A stretch of 64,000 bases of DNA from an uncultured Gemmatimonadales bacterium (lineage in GTDB: Bacteria; Gemmatimonadota; Gemmatimonadetes; Gemmatimonadales; GWC2-71-9): contig CAWGSK010000034.1 of the NCBI GenBank assembly GCA_963825055.1, positions 166,907 to 230,906 of the forward strand. The letters run 5' to 3'. Position 1 is the first letter of the stretch. Each line of letters begins with the position of its first letter. The notes below the pieces were generated by a model that searched no databases, was not told the DNA's origin, and was given only the letters and a program-made list of their open reading frames with translations. The position numbers and the translations under genes were made by a program. Of the stretch, positions 20,336-29,745 are shown piece by piece.

Positions 20336-21120
20336 CGGGCAACCTCCTCTGGTGTCCGACGCGGGGCAGTCCCGGTCGGCGCCACCACCGCAGGTGGAGG
20401 CATCCGGAGCCGGCGTCTGGCGTGCCACACCCCGCGCAGCGTCCGCCACGGATCGTGCCTCGTGGGCCGCTGCCGGATGTCGCGCCGCTCGACGGCGTCG
20501 ATCGTTTCGATCCGCCGTGCCGCCGCGGCCGCGCGCGCGAACAGTTCAGCGTTCGCGGCCCAGCCGTCGGTCGTCAGGAGCGGACCGTCATGCGCGCGGA
20601 AGGCATTCCGCAGCGTCACCAGTCGGAAGGCGGCAAACCCCGACACCACGTCCTGCACCCCGGGAACCCGGACGGCCGGCCGCAGCAGCCAGGGCGCGAT
20701 CCGGCGGACCCAGCGCAGGGCCCTGGAAGGTTCCCCTTCTACAGTCCCGTCCGCCACCACCATGTCGGCGCCGCTTTCGATCTGGCGGACGAGATCAGGT
20801 AGGAATTCCGTGCCATGACTGAAATCGGCGTGCATGATGATGGCGCAGTCCCGCCTGGGGCGGTCCGTCCGCTCCACGGCCAGCCGGAGCAGCTCCTCCA
20901 GTGTGGCGGCATACCCGAGGCGGGTCGCATGCCGTGTGACTGTCAGGGGCAGGACACGGGCATACGGTTCCAGCACCTCCGCCGTGGTGTCGGTGGAGGC
21001 ATCGTCGCCCACGAGCAACTGGTACTCCCGCGGAAACTCGGTGAAGGTTCGACGGATCTTCCAGAGCAGCAGGCCCACCGTCTGCGCTTCGTCATGGCTC
21101 GGAATACAAATGTAAATCAC
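20332..21120 (-). CDS. Glycosyltransferase family 2
   Basis: ICIPSHDEA, DDASTDTT, MHADFSH. Confidence 0.85.
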   Translation of the reverse strand: MIYICIPSHDEAQTVGLLLWKIRRTFTEFPREYQLLVGDDASTDTTAEVLEPYARVLPLTVTRHATRLGYAATLEELLRLAVERTDRPRRDCAIIMHADFSHGTEFLPDLVRQIESGADMVVADGTVEGEPSRALRWVRRIAPWLLRPAVRVPGVQDVVSGFAAFRLVTLRNAFRAHDGPLLTTDGWAANAELFARAAAAARRIETIDAVERRDIRQRPTRHDPWRTLRGVWHARRRLRMPPPAVVAPTGTAPRRTPEEVAR

Positions 21121-21126
21121 TATATT

Positions 21127-22197
21127 TCAACCGGTTACAGATACAGAACGATATACTTCGAGCACCGATTCCGCCATCCTCGTGTCGCTCCACGATTCGA
21201 CGACCTGTTGCGCGGCCGACAGAATTCTCTCGCGTAGCGCGGTGTCGGTCAACAGCGATACGACCGCGTGACCGAGCCCGGCCGCGTCCCCCACCTCCAC
21301 CAGCAGTCCAGCCCCACCGTCCAGGATCTCCGGGATGCCACCAGCGCGCGTCGCGGCCACGGGAATGCCGAGGGCCAGGGCGTCCAGGACGGAGGTGCCG
21401 AGACCCTCTTCCCGGGAGCTCATGACGAAGACGTCCGCGTCGGCGATGAGGGCCCGTCCGTCGGGAATCTGTCCGACCATGTGGACACGGTCGTCCAGCC
21501 CGCGCGACGAGATCTCGCGACCGAGGATATCCCGAAGATCTCCCTCTCCTGCCACCACCCAGTGCAGGGTGGGGAAGGTGTCCCGCGCATGCGCCGCGGC
21601 GGCAATGAGGGTTGCCTGGTCCTTGTGCCCGACCAGCGCGGCGACGTTGACCGCGAGGGGGGTGCCCGGCGCGAGCCCGAGGCGGGCGCGGATCCCGAGC
21701 GGCGAGACGGCACGAACCTCTTCCAGGGCGATGCCGGAGTGGACGACGGTGATCCGGTCCGCCGGAATCCCGTCACTCACCAGCACGCGCTCGACCGCAT
21801 GGGAGATGGCGATGACCCGGTCGGCCCTCGCCCAGAAGAAACGGCGACGCAGGTGGAAGTCCACGCGTCGCGTGACCACCAGCGGGGCGCCGGTCAGTCG
21901 CGCCGCTGCCCCGGCCAGGGTGAGCGCGTGCGCGTCATGGGCATGGAGGACGCGCAGGCCATCCCGGCTCTCGGCGCGCGCAGCCAGGAGGACGCGCGGG
22001 TCGAGCGCCCCGCGCCACGGGACGGCACGCACCGGTACGCCCGAGGCCTCGAGCCGGGATGCCAGCAGGCTCCCGGCGCCCGTCACCACGACCTGCGGCA
22101 CGTCGAGGCGTGCCAGGGCGCGCGCCAGGAGCCACACCTGGTTCTGTCCGCCGCGCCATTCCCGTCCGGACGCGACGTGCACGATGCCTGGGGTCAT
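21127..22197 (-). CDS. Glycosyltransferase family 4
   Basis: WRGGQNQ, SSREEGLGTSVLDA, ATRAGGIPE. Confidence 0.9.
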   Translation of the reverse strand: MTPGIVHVASGREWRGGQNQVWLLARALARLDVPQVVVTGAGSLLASRLEASGVPVRAVPWRGALDPRVLLAARAESRDGLRVLHAHDAHALTLAGAAARLTGAPLVVTRRVDFHLRRRFFWARADRVIAISHAVERVLVSDGIPADRITVVHSGIALEEVRAVSPLGIRARLGLAPGTPLAVNVAALVGHKDQATLIAAAAHARDTFPTLHWVVAGEGDLRDILGREISSRGLDDRVHMVGQIPDGRALIADADVFVMSSREEGLGTSVLDALALGIPVAATRAGGIPEILDGGAGLLVEVGDAAGLGHAVVSLLTDTALRERILSAAQQVVESWSDTRMAESVLEVYRSVSVTG

Positions 22198-24152
22198 GCC
22201 GGATCGTCGGGGGAAGTCGTGCGGGCGTTGTGTGCGCTGGCCAGCACGGCCCGGAGCTCGGCGAGGCTGAACGGCTTGTTGAGGTAGGGTTTGCCTTCCT
22301 GCTCGAGGAAGTCCATCGTATCGCCCCGGACCGTGTCGCCCGTGCTGAAAACCACGCGCGCGGCACGCGCCGGATCGGCTTCCGACAGCGCTTCGAAGAA
22401 CTCGCGTCCGCCCACCCGCGGCATGCGGAGATCGGAGATGATAAGGTCGAAATCGCCCGACATCGCCTGGATGAGAGCCTCCTCGCCGTCGGCTGCGACG
22501 GTCACCCGGTGTCCCCAGGCTTCGAGTGTCGTGCGCAGGTAATGCAGGATGTGCGGCTCGTCGTCCACTGCGAGGATGTCGAGCGGCGGGACATCCACCG
22601 GCCCGGACGTGGGTCCCGACGCCCGGGCCGGGCCCTCGGAGGGGTCGCCGGCGGGGAGCAGGATCCGGAACGTGGTGCCGCGGCCGGGGATGCTCGTCAC
22701 CTCGATAGTGCCGCCGTGGTCGTGAATAATGTCACGGCAGATGGTGAGTCCGAGCCCGGTGCCTTCACCGTCGGGTTTGGTGGTGAAGAAGGGCTCGAAG
22801 ATCCGGTCCTGCACCTCCGGCGGTATTCCGGTGCCCGTGTCGGTCACGCTGATCGCGACCTGCTCGCCAGCCAGGCTTGCCTCGAGATGGATCATGCCGG
22901 ACTGCCCCGTCGCCGAGACGGCGTGCGCTGCGTTGCCGAGCAGGTTGATGAGGACCTGCTGGATCCGGTTGGCCTGCACCAGGACCGGGGGGAGGCCTTC
23001 TTCCACGCTGATCTCGAGTTCAACGTGGTGGGCGAGCAGGTGATTCCGGAGAAGTCCGCGGGTGCCTTCCACCATCCGCTCGACGTCCACGTGCCGCCGG
23101 GTCCCGTCCCCTTTCCGTGCGAAGCCGAGCAGGTTGCGGACGATGGTGGACGCGTGCACGGCCTCCTCCTGGATCACGCGCAGGGGCTCCCGGAGCGCGG
23201 GTGGCACCTCGGGGGACTCCGCCAGGAAGTCGGCGAAGCCGAGCACGCTTGCCAGCGGGTTGTTGAGGTCGTGTGCAATGCCTGCGACCAGCTGTCCCAC
23301 GGCGGCGAGTTTCTGTGACTGGAGCAGTTGCTCCTGGAGCTGGCGCTGCCGGTGGCGGTCCTCGAAATGGAGGACGGTGAGTCCCCCGGTGCCCGAGCGT
23401 CGCGCGCTCACCCGCCAGGCGCCATCGGTGGCAGGCAGATCGATGCCGGCACCATTCTGTTCGAGGGCCGCGCTGACGCCGTCGCGCCAGGCCGGCGGGA
23501 CCAGGGCGAGCCAGGGTCGCCCGGTGACGCCCTCCGCCGGGACGTTTACCAGGCGGGCGAATTCCAGGTTGGATCGGCGGACCCGTCCTGCCTGGTCTAT
23601 GATGCAGAGCGGGACGTGAAGCGCGTCCACGGCCTCGGCCCACGTGCGTTTCCCGCTCTCGACCTGGTCGACCAGCCTCGCGCTCTCCAGGGCAAGGCTC
23701 GCCTGGGCGACAAACGCCTCGACCAGTGCGACGTCATCGTCGGTGAAGGGCGGGGCATCGCGCCCGAGGGCCAGGGCCCCGATGATCACGCTCTTGGAGA
23801 TGATCGGCGCCGCGATCCAGGCGCGGGGAGCGCCGGCCGGCAGGCGCTCCGCTTCCTCGGGCGCGAGCACGAGCGGGCCGCGGCGCATCCCGGTATCGAG
23901 CAGCGGAACCAGGTATGGATCTCGTTCCGGGTCGCCGTGACGCACTTCCAGGCGGTCGGAGTCGACATCATACAGACTGAGGCCACAGATCCGGGCGCTG
24001 AAGTGCCTGGCGAGCGTCTCCATCAGGGTATCGATGATCGAGGGCGGACGGAGGGTTCCCGCAAGGTCCCGGGCCAGCCGGGTCAGGGCCCCGAGGTCCC
24101 GGCGGTCATCGTCGGCACGGCGATTGCGGGGAAATTCAGGCGAGGAGGTCAT
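22194..24152 (-). CDS. Hybrid sensor histidine kinase (GAF-PAS-HisKA-HATPase-REC)
   Basis: AGIAHDLNNPL, NLLGNA, DTGTGI, FEPFFTTK, GTGLGL, REC DDE...DLRMP...KP. Confidence 0.92.
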   Translation of the reverse strand: MTSSPEFPRNRRADDDRRDLGALTRLARDLAGTLRPPSIIDTLMETLARHFSARICGLSLYDVDSDRLEVRHGDPERDPYLVPLLDTGMRRGPLVLAPEEAERLPAGAPRAWIAAPIISKSVIIGALALGRDAPPFTDDDVALVEAFVAQASLALESARLVDQVESGKRTWAEAVDALHVPLCIIDQAGRVRRSNLEFARLVNVPAEGVTGRPWLALVPPAWRDGVSAALEQNGAGIDLPATDGAWRVSARRSGTGGLTVLHFEDRHRQRQLQEQLLQSQKLAAVGQLVAGIAHDLNNPLASVLGFADFLAESPEVPPALREPLRVIQEEAVHASTIVRNLLGFARKGDGTRRHVDVERMVEGTRGLLRNHLLAHHVELEISVEEGLPPVLVQANRIQQVLINLLGNAAHAVSATGQSGMIHLEASLAGEQVAISVTDTGTGIPPEVQDRIFEPFFTTKPDGEGTGLGLTICRDIIHDHGGTIEVTSIPGRGTTFRILLPAGDPSEGPARASGPTSGPVDVPPLDILAVDDEPHILHYLRTTLEAWGHRVTVAADGEEALIQAMSGDFDLIISDLRMPRVGGREFFEALSEADPARAARVVFSTGDTVRGDTMDFLEQEGKPYLNKPFSLAELRAVLASAHNARTTSPDDPA

Positions 24153-24157
24153 TACTG

Positions 24158-24871
24158 ATGATCCGAGCGGATACGCGAGGCCGGTTTACCGCAAATGACC
24201 TGCGGCTGGTGGTCCTGCTGCTGGCCCGGGGTGACGCCTGTCGGCGTGCGCGCTGGGAGGACCGGCTGCGGGCCGAAGGCCCCGATGCCCTGCTGGACCA
24301 GTCCGAGCTCTGGGAATGTCTTCTCGCCGTGCGCTCCATCCTGGTACCGAGTGAGCCGCTCTTCTTCTATGTGGCCGTTCGACACACGCTGCTCCGCATC
24401 GGCCTCGATGATCGGGAGGTTGCCGACTACCTGGCGGCGGTGCTGATGGCCTTCGGCCGTCGCGACCGCGCCTGGCGGATCGACTGGAACGACGACCAGC
24501 GGCACGCATATATCATTGACCTCCTTGCTGACGCCGAGCAGACCGACGGCGAGCGCCGGTTCCGCGTCCTGGCCCACCTCGGTAATTACGCGCTCTGGCT
24601 GGCGGGGCTCTACCCGGACTATATCGCGGCCCGGCAGGTCAGGAGGGGCGGCCCCGCCGTGGAATATTATGACCACTGCGGTCGCCGCGGGTTCGCCGCG
24701 GCCTCCGACCACTCGCTGGCCAGCGACCACGGCCTTGACCACATCTTCCGGACCGCGGCCGAACGGTTCCCGAGCGTCCGGCAGGCGCTCAACCGCCTGA
24801 GCGACCAGGTGCTCTTCCCTACAGTCGCGACTCCCGACCGTTTGCTCCGTGAGCTAGGGTACACGAACTGA
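24158..24871 (+). CDS. Conserved hypothetical helical protein
   Basis: GAGGAGG SD; HLGNYALWLAGLYPD...EYY..GRRGF pattern resembles an uncharacterised widespread family. Confidence 0.7.
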   Translation: MIRADTRGRFTANDLRLVVLLLARGDACRRARWEDRLRAEGPDALLDQSELWECLLAVRSILVPSEPLFFYVAVRHTLLRIGLDDREVADYLAAVLMAFGRRDRAWRIDWNDDQRHAYIIDLLADAEQTDGERRFRVLAHLGNYALWLAGLYPDYIAARQVRRGGPAVEYYDHCGRRGFAAASDHSLASDHGLDHIFRTAAERFPSVRQALNRLSDQVLFPTVATPDRLLRELGYTN

Positions 24872-25588
24872 ACCCGCGGCACGTGCCGCCTCGATGAACG
24901 CCGCAAACAGCCGCTGATCTGGCCCCTCCGGCTCGTCATGGTACAGTTCGGGATGCCACTGGATTCCGACCATCCACCATCCGCCGTCCGCCCACTCCAC
25001 CCCCTCGATGACCCCGTCGGGCGCCTCCGCGTTGACGGCGAGCCCGGGAGCGAGATCGCGCACGGCCTGGTGATGGATCGAATTGGCCTGGAATCCCGCG
25101 GTGGCCATCATGTCGGCGAGTTGCGTTCCGGGACGGATCCGGACCTCGTGCACCCGTTCGGCCCGGGGGCCGTCATGACGGTGCATGATTGCGCCGCGAT
25201 ACTCGGCGGGGAGATCCTGCCACAGGGTGCCCCCGAGGGCCACGTTGGCCAGCTGCATGCCCCGACAGATGGCGAGCACGGGAAGCCCGGCCTCGCGCGC
25301 CGTGTGGAACAGGGACATCTCGAAGCGGTCGCGGACCGGATCGGGGGTGTCCACTTCCGGACGCGCGGACGCGCCATAGCATGCCGGGTCAACGTCCCTC
25401 CCGCCCGGCAGGACGAGCCCATGGATGCCCGACATTGCCGCCCTGGCGTCGAAGTCTTCCGCGGGAAGCGCCACGAGGGGCAGGCCACCCGCCCGGGACA
25501 CGCTCCGGACGTAGCCGGCGTTCACGCCCGCGCGCGGCGTTCCGTCGGCCGCCGTGAAGTTGCCGGCGATGAGGATCCGGGGATTCAC
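24854..25588 (-). CDS. Gamma-glutamyl-gamma-aminobutyrate hydrolase family (peptidase C26)
   Basis: PGGRDVDP, LAICRGMQ, NSIHHQAV, GIQWHPE. Confidence 0.92.
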   Translation of the reverse strand: MNPRILIAGNFTAADGTPRAGVNAGYVRSVSRAGGLPLVALPAEDFDARAAMSGIHGLVLPGGRDVDPACYGASARPEVDTPDPVRDRFEMSLFHTAREAGLPVLAICRGMQLANVALGGTLWQDLPAEYRGAIMHRHDGPRAERVHEVRIRPGTQLADMMATAGFQANSIHHQAVRDLAPGLAVNAEAPDGVIEGVEWADGGWWMVGIQWHPELYHDEPEGPDQRLFAAFIEAARAAGSVRVP

Positions 25589-26067
25589 TGCAGTGTCGAG
25601 TCCGGGAAGAGCGGACACTGCGGCGCCTCGAACCGGTCGAGTTCCACCTCGATGCCGATGAGCGGCAGCATCGTCGCGCCGATCGACACGGCGCCGATCC
25701 TGGGCGCCCCCTGGACGACCCCGCCCTCATACAGGAGGACGCCGCGCGCCCGGGCCGACGGGTCCTGGACGAGCACCCCGAAGGTGGGCGTGGCCCCCTG
25801 GGGCAGCCGGCCCTCGATGCCGATCACCCAGCCGCTGTCTGTATGGCCGGCGAGCGCCGGCAGGGCCGGTCCGGCGACCATGCGCGCGACCAGCCGGTCG
25901 GGCAGTGTGGACGGGGGCTGGCCCAGGGTGCGGTTGGGAACCCCGAATTCATCGAGGAGCATGGTGGGGCCGGCCAGCCCGACAATCCCGCAGGAGGGCC
26001 TGGGCTCACCGCCGCAGCCGATGATGGCGGACGCGAGCGCGAGGGCGCAACAGGTGAGGGTACGCAT
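25585..26067 (-). CDS. Hypothetical lipoprotein
   Basis: Signal peptide ending IIGC; stop overlaps the GTG of the next gene. Confidence 0.6.
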   Translation of the reverse strand: MRTLTCCALALASAIIGCGGEPRPSCGIVGLAGPTMLLDEFGVPNRTLGQPPSTLPDRLVARMVAGPALPALAGHTDSGWVIGIEGRLPQGATPTFGVLVQDPSARARGVLLYEGGVVQGAPRIGAVSIGATMLPLIGIEVELDRFEAPQCPLFPDSTLQ

Positions 26068-26134
26068 CGGCGCTCCGGGGTGCGGAAAGGGATCAGGGCC
26101 GTGGCGCCCGGAAGATAACCGGGCCCATGGTCGC

Positions 26135-26163
26135 TTGACGCTCCCGGTGGCGGCCGGTAACCT
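26135..26163 (+). promoter_or_regulatory. Sigma-70-type promoter
   Basis: TTGACG-N17-TAACCT upstream of the zinc-ribbon/PspA pair. Confidence 0.5.
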
Positions 26164-26203
26164 TACACTACCACTCCGACTCGCTTCTCCGTAGAGTATC
26201 CAT

Positions 26204-26368
26204 ATGCCGTCATACGATTATCACTGCAACGCCTGTGACCATGAGTTCGTGCGGAGTGAGTCCGTGCGGGAACACGAGCGCGCGCGCGTGAAGTGCCCCG
26301 AGTGCGGGTCCACGCGCGTCCAGCGGGTCTTTTCCGCCTTTTACGCGAAGACGGGGCGGAAGTCCTGA
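26204..26368 (+). CDS. FmdB-family zinc ribbon protein (54 aa, not in the ORF track)
   Basis: Manual translation MPSYDYHCNACDHEF...KCPECGSTRVQRVFSAFYAKTGRKS*. Confidence 0.88.
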   Translation: MPSYDYHCNACDHEFVRSESVREHERARVKCPECGSTRVQRVFSAFYAKTGRKS

Positions 26369-26369
26369 C

Positions 26370-26933
26370 GTGTTCGAGGACCTGCGCGCCCGGATCGAGC
26401 AGTTCCTCGCCCAGCACACCGCGCCGGCCGATCCGCGTGAACAGGCCCGGCTCCTCGAGCGTTCCATCATTGACATGAAGGTGGCCGTCGGCAGCCTGCG
26501 CGACGGCGTGACCGCGACGACCCGGGATCTCGAGCGGGAGCGGGCGCAGCTGGCCGATGCCGAACGCCGGGGCCGGCTGGCGCGTGACATCGACGACCAG
26601 GAGACCGCCGGGATCGCTGACGAGTTCGTCACCCGTCACGGCCATCGCGTGTCCCTGCTCGAGCGGAAACTGACCGTCCAGCATGACGAGCTGATGCTCG
26701 CCGAACAGGAACTCGAGCAGTTGACCGGCAAGCTGCGCCACCTGCGCCAGGGCATGCCGTCCGCCGGGACCGAGTCGGCATGGCGCGAGGTCCAGGCGGC
26801 CGGCGGAACCCGTCCCGGGGTGGATCCGGAAGATGAGCTGCTGCGCCACGACCTGGACCGCTCGGCGCATGAGGCGGCCGCCGAGGCCCAGCTCGCGCAC
26901 CTGAAACGCAAACTCGGCAGGGACCGGAGCTGA
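26370..26933 (+). CDS. PspA/IM30-like coiled-coil protein
   Basis: Amphipathic N-terminus, long coiled coil, AERRGRLARDIDD, C-terminal EAQLAHLKRKLG. Confidence 0.65.
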   Translation: MFEDLRARIEQFLAQHTAPADPREQARLLERSIIDMKVAVGSLRDGVTATTRDLERERAQLADAERRGRLARDIDDQETAGIADEFVTRHGHRVSLLERKLTVQHDELMLAEQELEQLTGKLRHLRQGMPSAGTESAWREVQAAGGTRPGVDPEDELLRHDLDRSAHEAAAEAQLAHLKRKLGRDRS

Positions 26934-26938
26934 CCCGC

Positions 26939-26975
26939 CGCCCCGTCCGGCACCAGCCGGACGGGGCGCTTCTGT
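26939..26975 (+). terminator. Probable intrinsic terminator
   Basis: CGCCCCGTCCGGC-ACCA-GCCGGACGGGGCG then CTTCTGT. Confidence 0.6.
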
Positions 26976-27056
26976 GCGGGGTCCGGCCCCCCATGTCATC
27001 CCCGTTGTCCGTGCGGGCTTTTCGCCCGCCAGCCGTCCCATCACCCAAGGACTGTC

Positions 27057-28631
27057 ATGGATACCGACTCGAGCAAGCCGCCCCGGCGCCCGGCTGACCC
27101 GGCCATCGAGCATGGGGTACCCACGGGGCCCCCGTCCGAGATGGATACCCGGTTCTTCGGTCATCCGCGGGGCCTTTCCACGCTGTTCTTCACGGAGATG
27201 TGGGAGCGGTTCAGCTACTACGGGATGCGGGCCATCCTCATCCTGTTCATGACGGCCCCGCTCGCGACGGGCGGGCTCGGGTTCAACGCGTCGGTTGCCG
27301 GGCCCATCTACGCCCTGTACACCGCGATGGTGTACCTGGTTGCCCTGCCGGGCGGGTGGTTCGCCGATCGGGTGATCGGGCAGCAGCGATCCGTGCTCGT
27401 CGGCGGCATCATCATCATGAGCGGGCACATCTCGCTCGCGATGGAGGGGATGAGTTTCTTCTTCCTCGGCATGTTCCTGGTCATCTTCGGGACCGGGCTC
27501 CTCAAGCCGAATATCAGCACGATTGTCGGCCAGCTGTATACGGAGGAGGACCATCGCCGGGACGCAGGATTCTCGATTTTCTACATGGGGATCAACCTCG
27601 GCGGGTTCATCGCACCGCTGGTGTGCGGCTTCCTCGCCCAGCATCCCGCGTTCCAGTCCTGGCTCGTGTCCAACGGCTTCGACCCGGCGCGTACCTGGCA
27701 CTGGGGCTTCGGGGCCGCGGCCGTGGGCATGTTCTTCGGCATCGTGCAGTACATGATGGGCCGGCGGAATTTCTTCGGCGCCGGGCAGGCGCCGGGAGAT
27801 CCGCTGTCCGCGGGAGCGCGGAAGGTCGCGATCGCCTGTGCGGGCCTCCTCCTGCTCGGCGTCGCCGCCGTCATCCTCGGCGCAGGCGACAGCGTGGTGG
27901 GCGCCATGCCGGACCTGAACAAGGTGGTGGCCTGGGTCCTCCTGCTTACCCCGCTCATCTTCTTCGTCTGGCTGCTGACCGTGGGAAGCCGTGATGCCGA
28001 CGAGCGCAAGCGCCACCTCGTCATCTTCGTCCTCTTCCTCGGCGCGTCGGTGTTCTGGTCGGCGTTCGAGCAGGCAGGCTCGACCCTCAACCTTTTCGCG
28101 CAGAACGACACCGCGGGGGCCTTTCTCGGGATCCGGTTCCCGGCCAGCTGGTTCCAGTCGGCCAATTCCGCCTTCATCATCATGCTGGCGCCGGTCTTTG
28201 CGTGGCTCTGGATCCGGCTGGGCCGGCGTGATCCCTCGAGCCCGGCCAAGTTCGCGTTCGGGCTCTTCTTCCTGGCGCTGGGCTTCGCCATCCTGATTCC
28301 CGCGGCGCAGCTGGCCGGCAACGGCGTGAAAGTGAGCCCGATGTGGCTCGTCGCCGCGTACTTCCTGCACACCGTCGGCGAGCTCTGCCTGAGCCCGGTG
28401 GGGCTTTCGGCCATGACCAAGCTCGCGCCGGTGCGGTACGCCGGGCTGATGCTGGGCGTGTGGTTCCTGGCCTCGTCGGTGGGGAACTTCATCGGCGGCA
28501 ACGTGGCCGGGTTCTACGGGACCTTTACCACCACGCAGATCTTCACCGCAGTGACGCTCTACGTCCTGGCGGCCTGCGCCCTGCTGGTCGTGTTCGTGAA
28601 GCCGATCAAGCGGATGATGGCACGCCGCTGA
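27057..28631 (+). CDS. Proton-dependent oligopeptide transporter (POT/PTR, DtpT-like)
   Basis: FFGHPRGL, EMWERFSYYGMRA, GTGLLKPN, FYMGINLG, ELCLSPVG. Confidence 0.95.
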   Translation: MDTDSSKPPRRPADPAIEHGVPTGPPSEMDTRFFGHPRGLSTLFFTEMWERFSYYGMRAILILFMTAPLATGGLGFNASVAGPIYALYTAMVYLVALPGGWFADRVIGQQRSVLVGGIIIMSGHISLAMEGMSFFFLGMFLVIFGTGLLKPNISTIVGQLYTEEDHRRDAGFSIFYMGINLGGFIAPLVCGFLAQHPAFQSWLVSNGFDPARTWHWGFGAAAVGMFFGIVQYMMGRRNFFGAGQAPGDPLSAGARKVAIACAGLLLLGVAAVILGAGDSVVGAMPDLNKVVAWVLLLTPLIFFVWLLTVGSRDADERKRHLVIFVLFLGASVFWSAFEQAGSTLNLFAQNDTAGAFLGIRFPASWFQSANSAFIIMLAPVFAWLWIRLGRRDPSSPAKFAFGLFFLALGFAILIPAAQLAGNGVKVSPMWLVAAYFLHTVGELCLSPVGLSAMTKLAPVRYAGLMLGVWFLASSVGNFIGGNVAGFYGTFTTTQIFTAVTLYVLAACALLVVFVKPIKRMMARR

Positions 28632-28637
28632 AGCGGC

Positions 28638-28724
28638 GCGGACAGGGCGGACGTGGCGGACGGGGCGGTCAGGGCGGACCGTCTCGTCCGCCTTGTCCGT
28701 CCGGTCCGCCTTGCCAGCCCTGCC
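28638..28724. repeat. Inverted nonamer arrays (GCGGACNGG)x5 / (CYTGTCCGC)x4
   Basis: Five units at 28638-28682, then complementary units at 28683-28718; overlaps the cydB 3' end. Confidence 0.85.
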
Positions 28725-29745
28725 GGGAGGGCAGAATGGATGTTCTGCCGCTCTTGAATACGCGGTAGAGATACCAGAGCGACGGCACGAGCACGACCGT
28801 GCCTCCCGCGAGGCCGAGCAGGGTGAGGCGGAGCGTGACCGGCGGTGCGGCGGCCTGGGCGATGGTGAGGTCGGGTGGCAGTACCCAGGGATACTGGGCG
28901 ATGGCCCAGCCCCAGACGATGAGCGAGACCTGCAGGACGGCCGCCGCCCGGGCCAGGTGGTAGCGACGGAACCACAGGGACGCGAGGGCGCCCGCGGCCA
29001 GGGCGCCGGTGGCGAGGTGCCAGAGCAGTCCCCATCCCGGCCGTACCAGGCCGGCGTGGATGAGCGGGGCGCGATGGCCTGCGATGAGGAGTACCACCAT
29101 GGCGACCGGGAAGGCCAGGATGCCGGTGGCCAGCGCCCGGCGCCGGTAGTCTTCGCGCAGCGCGTCGTTTTCCGCTTCGAGTATGAGGTAGGTCGCCGCG
29201 AGAAAGGCAAAGAGGACGAGGGCCATGAGGCCCACGCCGACGGCAAACGGGTTCCACCAGGGCGCGACGTACGTCTCGACGAAGGAGCCGCGGGCCACAC
29301 CGGCTTGCCCCGAGGCCACGGCGCCGATGCACATGCCGAGCAGGACCGGTGTCACCAGGCTCGCGATGGCAAAGACCCGCCCCCACGTACGCTCCTGCCG
29401 GTGCTCCCCGGTGAAGTGACTCCGGAAGACGAACGCCGATCCCCGCAGGACCACGCCCACCAGCATGAGTGTCAGCGGGATGTGCAGTACGATGCCGAGC
29501 CGCGCGAAGGCGGGCGGGAAGCAGGTGAACAGCAGTACGATCGCGAGGATGAGCCAGACATGGTTTGCCTCCCAGATCGGGCCGATCGCCTCGGCCACGA
29601 GGCGCCGCTGTTGCTCGCGCCTCTCACCGCGTGCGAGCAGGTCCCAGACTCCCCCACCGAAGTCCGCTCCCGCCAGCACCACGTAGGCATTGAGCGACAG
29701 CACGATGATCCCGGCCAGCAGCGTGGCGTGCGTGATCTCAGGCAT
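28669..29745 (-). CDS. cydB: Cytochrome bd ubiquinol oxidase subunit II
   Basis: GADFGGG, GPIWEANHVWLI, LRGSAF. Confidence 0.93.
   Translation of the reverse strand: MPEITHATLLAGIIVLSLNAYVVLAGADFGGGVWDLLARGERREQQRRLVAEAIGPIWEANHVWLILAIVLLFTCFPPAFARLGIVLHIPLTLMLVGVVLRGSAFVFRSHFTGEHRQERTWGRVFAIASLVTPVLLGMCIGAVASGQAGVARGSFVETYVAPWWNPFAVGVGLMALVLFAFLAATYLILEAENDALREDYRRRALATGILAFPVAMVVLLIAGHRAPLIHAGLVRPGWGLLWHLATGALAAGALASLWFRRYHLARAAAVLQVSLIVWGWAIAQYPWVLPPDLTIAQAAAPPVTLRLTLLGLAGGTVVLVPSLWYLYRVFKSGRTSILPSRQGWQGGPDGQGGRDGPP

Noticed and set aside
26163..29300. 1045-aa minus-strand ORF
   Set aside because: Antisense or off-frame shadow of the POT transporter, PspA-like and cydB genes; typical of high-GC DNA, with no protein motifs
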